From positions 3,275 to 67,274 of the forward strand of contig CALCZC010000025.1 of assembly GCA_937903605.1 (NCBI GenBank): a stretch of DNA of 64,000 nt, in the 5' to 3' direction. Below the pieces are notes generated by a model that worked only from the letters and a program-made list of their open reading frames with translations, made no database searches and was not told where the DNA came from. Origin of the DNA: an uncultured bacterium (GTDB lineage: Bacteria; Patescibacteriota; Patescibacteriia; Magasanikbacterales; GWA2-37-8). A program made the translations under genes and the position numbers. The first letter of the stretch is position 1; each line of letters opens with the position of its first letter. This document shows, piece by piece, positions 1 through 7,800 of this stretch.

Positions 1-363
1 AAATTCCAAAGCTTGGCGTTTACGAATTTCCAAATCATGAGTACCGATACGGATAGAAAGACGAACGCATTTAATCTTGGTTTCTTTTTGATGAGCTTTT
101 TTGATACGAGCAGCCTTTTCTTGTTGATACTGAAATTGTCCAAAATCCATGATTTTACAAACCGGGGGATTGGCTTTGGGGTTTATTTCCACCAAGTCCA
201 TTTCTTGTTCGTGAGCTGTACGAATTGCTTCGCCGGTTTTCATCACGCCTAAATTGTTATTTTCGTTATCCAAAACACGCACTTCCGGTGCGATAATTTT
301 TTCATTGAAAAAATAATTTTTTTCAATTATCTCTGGTTTTTTTCTTTTGCGTGATATGCGCAT
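1..363 (-). CDS. infC: translation initiation factor IF-3 (partial; C-terminus runs off left edge)
   Basis: Reverse-strand translation from the ATG at 361-363 reads MRISRKRKKPEIIEKNYFFNEKIIAPEVRVLDNENNNLGVMKTGEAIRTAHEQEMDLVEINPKANPPVCKIMDFGQFQYQQEKAARIKKAHQ... This matches the conserved IF-3 N-domain/linker (…REV…EALELA…LDLVE..PNA.PPVCKIMDYGKFKY…). It is absent from the ORF track only because it is edge-truncated. Confidence 0.8.
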   Translation of the reverse strand, partial: MRISRKRKKPEIIEKNYFFNEKIIAPEVRVLDNENNNLGVMKTGEAIRTAHEQEMDLVEINPKANPPVCKIMDFGQFQYQQEKAARIKKAHQKETKIKCVRLSIRIGTHDLEIRKRQALEF

Positions 364-475
364 AATAAAAAGTCAAAAGTCAAAATTCAAAAGTCAAAAC
401 TTTTGTGTCCCGATAAATCGGGACGATTTATTTTAATTGGGATGCTAAGCGTCCCGATTACAACGCTAAGCGTTG

Positions 476-867
476 TGGAGATGGCGAGAATTGAACTCGC
501 GTCCAAAAAGTTTTCAACAAACCCTCTACATACATAGTCAACTTATTATTTGTCGGCGATAAAATATTAAATTGACGAAACTTTTATCGCTTAGCCGAAT
601 TACTTTGGGTTTTTGATATACGGCGATATAAAAAACCTACACGAAGTAAGTGACACCGCAATTGACTACTTCGTCTTATCAACGCGATGGCTCATGAAAC
701 CTAAAATTAGGCCATGGCAGGCGCAAAACTCATCGTATTACCGAACATAGCTTTGGCTTTTGAAAATAAGTTTGCACTTATTATTTGCTATCAAGGTTTT
801 AACGAGGCCGATAGCCACCCCGGTATGCCAGCTTGTCAAGGAACTTTTGTCGAAACCAAACATCCCC
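476..867 (-). ncRNA. ssrA: tmRNA (ssrA)
   Basis: The minus-strand 5' end GGGGATGTTTGGTTTCGACAAAAG (rc of 849-867) is the canonical tmRNA 5' end. The 3' end GGACGCGAGTTCAATTCTCGCCATCTCCA (rc of 476-505) has a T-arm/TpsiC-loop (GTTCAATTC) and a 7-bp acceptor stem pairing with the 5' end, including a G3:U70 wobble (Ala identity). It is ~392 nt long and lies adjacent to smpB. A candidate tag reading frame ends …FAPAMA-TAA (rc of ~707-775). Confidence 0.8.
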
Positions 868-986
868 TCAAATTAAAATTTTCAATTTCTAATTTTCAAT
901 TTTTAATGAATTTTTAATTATCAATTACCAGTTGTAAATTGAAACATTGTAAATTCAATGAAAATTAAAAATTGTAAAATTAAAAA

Positions 987-1433
987 TTATTTGCCGCGTA
1001 CAGCTCTCCTCATCTCTCTTTCATTATCTTTCTTTTTTATACTTTCCCTTTTATCAAAAGTATGTTTGCCTTGTGCTACGGCGATCTCTATTTTAACCAA
1101 GCGGTTTTTAGTATACACGGAAAGCGGGACAATTGTCAAGCCCTTTTCTGCAAATTTTCCCTGTAAATAGCGAAGTTCTTTCTTATGTAAAAGAATTTCT
1201 CTGCTTCGGGTTGGATCGTAATCTTCCAATTTACCAGCTTGTTTGTATTTACTTATCGTAGCATTGGTTAAATATGCCTTGTTATTGTGGAAGGTAATAA
1301 AGGAACCTTTTAGGCTAATTTGTCCAGCTTTTGCTGATTTTACTTCATGCCCGAGTAATATCAAACCAGCCTCGAAGGTTTCGAGGATTTTATAATCAAA
1401 AAAAGCTTTTTTATTGTCGGCTAATTTAGGCAT
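987..1433 (-). CDS. smpB: SsrA-binding protein SmpB
   Basis: MPKLADNKKAFFDYKILETFEAGLILLGHEVKSAKAGQISLKGSFITFHNN…GKHTFDKRE… is the typical SmpB sequence. The ORF-track ORF extends to 1466; the shorter start at the MPKL Met is preferred. Confidence 0.9.
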   Translation of the reverse strand: MPKLADNKKAFFDYKILETFEAGLILLGHEVKSAKAGQISLKGSFITFHNNKAYLTNATISKYKQAGKLEDYDPTRSREILLHKKELRYLQGKFAEKGLTIVPLSVYTKNRLVKIEIAVAQGKHTFDKRESIKKKDNEREMRRAVRGK

Positions 1434-1512
1434 ATTGGTATGGGGTAATTTTAGCACAAAAATCAATAAAAATCAATATCAAAGCGGCTGTTTTTGTTTT
1501 TTTCGGAAAAAC

Positions 1513-1541
1513 TTGATTTTTTTCTCATTTTGTGCTATAAT
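1513..1541 (+). promoter_or_regulatory. sigma70-type promoter TTGATT-17-TGTGCTATAAT
   Basis: -35 ttgatt at 1513-1518, 17-bp spacer, extended -10 tgtgctataat at 1531-1541, ~20 nt upstream of the ATG at 1564. The same extended -10 recurs at 11901, 19985 and 23035. Confidence 0.5.
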
Positions 1542-1563
1542 ATGGGGTATTAAATAAAGCCAC

Positions 1564-2355
1564 ATGAAAAACATATCTTTTCACCCAAAATTAGCGGCTT
1601 TTATCGATATTGTAGCCAATTTAGCGATGTTTTGGGGTTTTTTTCGTCTGGATCATTGGCAAACCCTGTTAGCTTGGTTTTTTGTCAGAACTGTTTTGTG
1701 GGTATTTTTCATTCGTTTGGTTTATTATCCCAAAGAACTTTCTCGTTTGAGACATTTTATTTCTCTTTTGTTTTTTAACATTGGAGTTTTGTTTTCTCTT
1801 ATTTTTATGGAATGGGGACAGGCACTGGCTTTGACTGTCCTTATTTTTATTGTTTTTTCAGCGGTCAGTTTTTGGTTATTACCAACCAAGAGTGAGCCGG
1901 GTTTGATAACACACGTTATCAAACCTTATCGTCGTTGGTTATTTTTGATGGATGTTTTTGGCCTTTCCTTACTCTGGAGCTCACTTTATGCCGGATCTTC
2001 TTTTCAATTGATAAATTTCAATTATTTTTGGCTGGGACTTATTCTAACTTCTTTTTTAACCGCACTGATTTCATATTGGTGGTGGAAAGAATATTGGTTG
2101 GAAAATAGTGATAGACTTTGGTGGAGTGCTATAGTGTGTTTTTTGATTTTCTTGGAACTTTCTTTTGTTTTATGGCTATGGCCGTTAGGCTTTTTGGCCA
2201 ACGGATTGATCATTGTTTGGTTTTGGTATGTTTTTTGGTTAATGCTCAGATTTAATTTGAGTAAAGAAGGTATTGATTGGAAAAAACAAAATATTTTTTT
2301 ATTTATTAATGGTATTTTATTTATTGCGTTTTTATTTTTAGTAAAATGGAAATAA
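1564..2355 (+). CDS. polytopic membrane protein, W/F-rich, unknown function
   Basis: 263 aa with about 8 hydrophobic helices and many Trp/Phe; no recognisable catalytic motif. Confidence 0.5.
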   Translation: MKNISFHPKLAAFIDIVANLAMFWGFFRLDHWQTLLAWFFVRTVLWVFFIRLVYYPKELSRLRHFISLLFFNIGVLFSLIFMEWGQALALTVLIFIVFSAVSFWLLPTKSEPGLITHVIKPYRRWLFLMDVFGLSLLWSSLYAGSSFQLINFNYFWLGLILTSFLTALISYWWWKEYWLENSDRLWWSAIVCFLIFLELSFVLWLWPLGFLANGLIIVWFWYVFWLMLRFNLSKEGIDWKKQNIFLFINGILFIAFLFLVKWK

Positions 2356-2417
2356 AAAAAGATAGTAAGAGGTAAAGCAATAAAGCAGTAAAGTAAAATT
2401 AAAAATTTTAAATTGAT

Positions 2418-3509
2418 ATGCATCCTCCACATTTACCAAATCCTTCCTGCAGCTTATTGTTACGTCACCTTAGTCAGCGCTTGGGTATATTTTTGTTAGC
2501 TATTATTTCCGGTCTTATCGCCGGATTGGCCGGGGGGGCGATGGCTATCGGTTGGATTTGGCCTGATTTTGGCGGTGGTAACTATCTTTTTGTTTCTCAG
2601 GGGGAACGGGGGAATCAGCGGATAGAAATGGAAGAAGTTATCAAAAAAGAAACTTCACAAAAAATAATGACGGTTTATAAAGGTACACAAAAAGCTGGGG
2701 ATGTTACTTATCTTAATTCTCAAAATAAAATCGGCGAAGCGGTGTTGGTTGGGAGCGATGGTTGGTTGGCAATGTATTTGGAAAACGAAAGAGAACTAAA
2801 CACCGTTTATCTGTGGGCTGCGGTAAATCACGAAGGTAGCGTCTACCAGGTAGAAAAAAATCTTTATGACAAATTTACTAAAATAGTTTATTTCAAAATC
2901 AAAGGATCTTTGAAAAAAGACGGTGACCAAATAAAAAATGAACAGTTTAAAGTGGTTGGTTTTTCCGATGGAGAAAAATTTGGTTCTCAAGTTTTTGTTT
3001 TTCAAAACAATCAATGGCTATATAATTTTTTGGATTTTGAATATTTTACGACAGAAAAACCGCATCTTGATTCGGTTCCTTTGCGAGTCGTTTCTTTGGG
3101 CAATAAAAATACCCAAATTGGATCGTTGGTTTTTACCACGCAAGGAAGATTATTGGGTGTTATAAATAAAGACGGTGAGATGATAAGTAGTATTTATCTG
3201 ACCAGGGTTTTGCCTGGTGTGCTCAATAAACAAAAAATAATTTATCCGACACTTTCGGTTGAAGGTTGGTTTTCTACAGAACAAAAAATTATTATAAACA
3301 ATGAAGCGGTTAAAGGGTTTTTGGTGGTAAATATACTTAAAAATGAAGCTAAACTACAAAAAGGAGATGTTATTTTAGAGATAAATGGACAAATTGTTGA
3401 AGATGAAAATATATGGTATAATTTAAAAGGAGAAAAAGCCCGTTTGAAGATAATGAGACGAGGTACGTTTTTGGATTTAGAGGCTCAAATAAAAGAAAAT
3501 ATTTTTTAA
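2418..3509 (+). CDS. membrane-anchored PDZ-domain protein, HtrA-like architecture but no recognisable Ser-protease triad
   Basis: An N-terminal TM segment (GIFLLAIISGLIAGLAGGAMAIGWIW) and a C-terminal PDZ-like motif (KGDVILEINGQIVED, RLKIMRRG). No GNSGGPL/H/D catalytic motifs were seen. Confidence 0.45.
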   Translation: MHPPHLPNPSCSLLLRHLSQRLGIFLLAIISGLIAGLAGGAMAIGWIWPDFGGGNYLFVSQGERGNQRIEMEEVIKKETSQKIMTVYKGTQKAGDVTYLNSQNKIGEAVLVGSDGWLAMYLENERELNTVYLWAAVNHEGSVYQVEKNLYDKFTKIVYFKIKGSLKKDGDQIKNEQFKVVGFSDGEKFGSQVFVFQNNQWLYNFLDFEYFTTEKPHLDSVPLRVVSLGNKNTQIGSLVFTTQGRLLGVINKDGEMISSIYLTRVLPGVLNKQKIIYPTLSVEGWFSTEQKIIINNEAVKGFLVVNILKNEAKLQKGDVILEINGQIVEDENIWYNLKGEKARLKIMRRGTFLDLEAQIKENIF

Positions 3510-3537
3510 TAAAAAATAAAATTAAAATTTTTAATTT

Positions 3538-4149
3538 ATGATTTCACTTATTTTTAAACACTGGAAGTTGGTATTTTTTTGGGGGTTATTTTTTGCCGCC
3601 ATCAGTGTCGGTTTGAGTTTACTTTTTCCTAGACAATACAGCGCTGACAGTCAAATACTTATCATTACTCGAGATCGCTATGGAGTGGATCCTTATACTC
3701 AAGCCAAAGCCGCAGAGAGAATAGGCGAAAACTTGGCACAGATTATGAAAACCGCCGATTTTTATAACAAGGTAATGGCCAGTGAATTTACTTTTAACAA
3801 AGATTCTTGGAAAAATATTTCTACCGAGCGTTTGCGTCGTAAAAATTGGCAAAAAGACGTATTGGCCAATGTTGTTTACGGAACTTCTTTGATGAAAATC
3901 ACCGTTTATCGCGACAATATTCAAGAAGCGGCGGCACTCAGTAATGCTGTGACCCAGACTATCACCGCTCACGGTTGGGAGTATGTTGGTGGTGACGTGG
4001 TGATAAAAGTTGTCGGTGAACCGCTAGTATCACGATGGTATGCTCGACCAAATTTTGCGATGAATGGATTGTCCGGATTTATCGTCGGCGCTTTTTTGGC
4101 CGCACTTTGGACAGTACGTTACAAAAGACACCATGTTTTTGGTTCTTAA
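3538..4149 (+). CDS. Wzz/chain-length-determinant-like bitopic membrane protein
   Basis: An N-terminal TM, a central soluble region with a motif resembling Wzz (ITVYRDN..EAAALSNAV), and a C-terminal G-rich TM (GLSGFIVGAFLAALW). 203 aa. Confidence 0.4.
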   Translation: MISLIFKHWKLVFFWGLFFAAISVGLSLLFPRQYSADSQILIITRDRYGVDPYTQAKAAERIGENLAQIMKTADFYNKVMASEFTFNKDSWKNISTERLRRKNWQKDVLANVVYGTSLMKITVYRDNIQEAAALSNAVTQTITAHGWEYVGGDVVIKVVGEPLVSRWYARPNFAMNGLSGFIVGAFLAALWTVRYKRHHVFGS

Positions 4150-4188
4150 AATAAATTTTAAAATTATAATTTATATTTTTTTTAAAAA

Positions 4189-4564
4189 TATGCTAAATTT
4201 TGTAAAAAAAGTTTTTAATAATAAAGAAGAAGAAGTACCGGAAAATTTAGAAAATGTCGCAAATTACGTCGGTTTCAAATTAGCTTTTTATTTAAAAGCT
4301 TGTAATTTGAGCGAAGTGGAAAAAGAAAAAATATTTAAAACGCTAGAAGGAAAAACCTACCAAGAACTTGTAGAAATTTTGGATCGTTTTGATACCCTTT
4401 ATGCCGAAGGCAAGACCGCAGAATTGAATAAACAATTTGAAGATGGAGTCGCTAAGATAGTTGAAAAAACAAACCAGGATAAAAAATCCTTGGAAGAACG
4501 CACTGTTGCTAATATGAAAGAATTATTTATGCAAGCGAAAGCGATGGCTCAAGGTGAAAAATAA
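4189..4564 (+). CDS. hypothetical small protein (125 aa)
   Basis: Internal ATG at 4189 of ORF 4064-4564, chosen to avoid overlap with the upstream gene. The product (MLNFVKKVFNNKEEEVPENLEN…) is hydrophilic. Confidence 0.35.
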
Positions 4565-4602
4565 TTTTTATAAGCGAATTTTTGTAAGATAAAATTTTTA
4601 AT

Positions 4603-4806
4603 ATGGAGGAAAACAAAAAACAAAATTTAATAAAAAGTAAAGGTAAAGATAAAAAAGATAAAGTAGAAGAGGTGGTTAAATTGTTTCAGGAAACCATAAC
4701 TGTTGTGCGTCAAAGAATAATCGAACTGGAAGCCGAAATTAAAGAAAAAGAAGATTTGGAAAAAATTACTAAAATTAAAGAAAGAATAGGAAAAATAAGT
4801 GAATAA
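4603..4806 (+). CDS. hypothetical small K/E-rich coiled-coil protein (67 aa)
   Basis: ORF MEENKKQNLIKSKGKDKKDKVEEVVKLFQETITVVRQRIIELEAEIKEKEDLEK…; sits directly upstream of the giant gene. Confidence 0.3.
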   Translation: MEENKKQNLIKSKGKDKKDKVEEVVKLFQETITVVRQRIIELEAEIKEKEDLEKITKIKERIGKISE

Positions 4807-4840
4807 TTTTTTTAAAAAATGATTTTAATAATATAAAAAT

Positions 4841-7800
4841 ATGGCTAAAAAACCAGATCAAAATTCGCAGTTTGGCGATAGCTACCCGGAGCTAAAAGGT
4901 ATAGAAAAATCATTGTCTGATATTGAAAAAAACAAAGCCGAGGGCAATAAAGAAAAAATCAAACAAGAAATAGAAAATATAACACAGGCCTGCTTGGATA
5001 TTCAAGGTAAAGCCATTGTACTTTGGGAAAAAGCAAAAGGCCAAAAAGAGAAGAACAAGGCTACTGCGTTGATTGATTCTATCGTTGATCTCAAAAAAAC
5101 TGCTGATATGTTTAAGAATACTGACGAAGTAAACACGGAAGAAATCAAAAAGAAGCTAATTAAAATACAAGAAAAAACTAGAAATGTAGGAAATTTAAAT
5201 TCAAACAATAAAAAAGTTGAAATCGGTAATAAAAATAAAGTTAAAGTTGCTGAAGTAATTCCAGAGGCTAGTGCAGAAGACATGGCTAGATATGGTGGTA
5301 AAGGGGAACAAAAACCACCAGAAAAACAAGAAGAAGTTCAAGTAGACAATAATATAGATAGTAATAAAGAAGAAAATGAAAAGAAAGAAAAAGAAGCCTT
5401 GATTGCTGCAGCCAAGAATAAAGAAGATCTTTTTGCGGCTTTGGATAAAATCGGAGAAGTCAAAGGTTCTTCAAGAACATATTCTACGGAAGAAATCAAA
5501 GATGCTATTGAAGCTCTTTTTGCCGGTGTGGTTATTGCTGGAAAAGGCGTTACTAGGGAATTGGGTATTCGTGATAAAGCTGAAGAATTATTAAAAAAAG
5601 AAAAAACACCAAAAAATAAGAAAGATATTATAGAAAAAGCAGAAAATAGAAAAACCATAAACAAAGAAGAATTTAAAAAAATAATAGATGAAATCAAAAC
5701 CGCTCAAGGATTGATTGATTTTTTGAATTCTGCACCAGGTTGGATTGACGCCGGAGATGGATTATTTAATTTTGCGGATGATAAATCTGTTGAAAATAAC
5801 GTTAAAAAAGTTAAAGAGGGTTTTCTTGTAGGTTTTGGCAAAGAATATAAAGCCGGATATTTACCAGAGATTTTAAAAAATAAAATAGAAGAAATTCGAA
5901 ATTCAAAAAAAACCAGATCAAAAAAACCAAATACAGAGACTGTAAAATCAGATAATGATCCAGCTACAGAATCTAAACCAGAATCTGTGCCAACTTCACA
6001 GCCAGAATCTAAATCAGAATCTAAACCGGAGCCTAAACCAACTTCACAGCCAGATTTGGTTCCAAAAGAAAAAATTGGAGCAAGACAAAAAATTAAGATA
6101 GAAAAAATAAATATTAATAAACCTTCAGAAGGTAAGGAAGGAATCAGAATAATTGAAGAAACTACAGTAGAAAAGCCAAAAGCAGATGAAGTTCAGAAAC
6201 CAACTGAAAAAAAGAAGCCATTTGATCGAGCGGCTGCTTTTACTTCCATCATTGATTTTATGGATGAGCGAGAGTTTAAAAAGCAGAAAAAAGAAGTTCG
6301 TGGTGAGATAGATGCAATTCGCATGATGCTCGAAGCAAATAATATAGATTTGTTAAAAAAGTATTTTAAAAATGGAAATCTAGAAGAAGATACAGAAAAT
6401 ATTTTTAGAGCAGACGCTAGATTTAAATGGGTTTTTGAATTGATGGGTGAAACTGAAGAAAAAAAAGTAGAAGATAAGGGTGTTTTAACAGGGGAAAAAG
6501 GCGGTATTGAAAAAATAGGTCCTGCAAAAGCAGAAATTGTTCAAAAAGCTGAAAATGAAAGCAAAAAAGCGCAAGAATATGCGGCAGAAATAAAAAAAGT
6601 TCAAAGCGAAGAAAGTGACGAGAGTAAATTAAAATGGCTTTTAAATGGAGCTTTGGGAATAGGAAAGATGGCGCCTAATATGGTGTATAAAGTTGTAGGT
6701 ACAGTTCTTGGTTTCAAAGCGGGTACCGATCTTGCTATGTATGCAGCTGGAGAAGCTCTAGGTAAAGTTACTGGCAAAGAACATGTTTGGGGTGATTATG
6801 CTGAACACAAAAAAGGCGAAAGAGAAATACCTGAAGAACAAAAAAGATTATATAAATTGTTTGATGAATATGTCGCTTCTTTTCGTCAAGCTAAATTGGA
6901 TAAGATGGAAGGTAAATCGGATAAAGAAGTGACTCAAAATTTAAAGAAGAGCATCGCCGAACTTTATAAATTCATTGATAATAATCGCTATATTGACCCC
7001 AAAGAAAAAAATTTATTTAAGGATCGATTAAATGCTATTGCTAATGATTTTAATCAAGAAAATCAAGAAATAACTGAACAGCAACAAGAAGAAGTAAAAA
7101 AATTGGCCGAAGCTTTTTTGGCAAATAAAATTTCTAAAGTTCAAATAACTAGAGATTGGGCTAACTTTGCTTTAGCTTGTACTCCTTTAACCATGCTTCG
7201 TATCGGAACTATCGCCGGAGGTTTTGCGGCTGAAAGATTTAGAAAAGGGGCTCTGGAATACAATAAAAAAAGTAAAACAGAAATAGAAGTTAAACAAGAA
7301 AGTAAATTTGCACATCGTCTAAAGTTTATGACCATAGATGCGGCGGCAGATTGGGGAGCGGCGATTGCTGGGGGACACACTAGATCCACTCAGAAACTTG
7401 AAAATAGAAGACATGGTGGAGAATATGACTATGATAAACAAGTAGATACATTAAACGAAGTTAAGAAGGAATTAAAAAATAAAACTTACGAGGACTATGT
7501 AGAGGAGTGTAAAGATAAGGGGATAAAAGCCTTGATGGAAGAAAAACAATTTGATGATTGGAAAAAAACCTCTTTGCAAAAATTGACCAAAAAATTAAGT
7601 GGCACAAGTATGGCTAGGGTTGGTGTTTTTAGTAAAGCGGCTGGACAAGCATTTGTTGGTGCCGGCTTAGTTGGATTGGCAATAAATGCTGATTCACTTG
7701 CCAATGTGGAATGGCATGATGCGGCAACCAATTTTTCCAATAATGTTGATAAGGGGTTAGACGCCCTACAATTGAAACCACTTCGTGATTTAGCGGATAG

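Noticed and set aside
13-252. Plus-strand 79-aa ORF at the left edge.
   Set aside because: It is antisense to a clearly recognisable infC (IF-3) reading frame.
370-400. Possible CRISPR-like or other repeat arrays (agtcaaa repeats here; similar microrepeats at 28967, 42396 and 57969).
   Set aside because: The units are 7-10 bp with no unique spacers. That is far too short for CRISPR. They are treated as microsatellite-like intergenic repeats.
714-917. Plus-strand 67-aa ORF.
   Set aside because: It overlaps the tmRNA gene on the opposite strand and has no homology signal.
4064-4564. Full-length ORF-track call of 166 aa.
   Set aside because: Its first 125 nt overlap the 3' end of the Wzz-like gene in another frame. 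The internal ATG at 4189 gives a non-overlapping gene.
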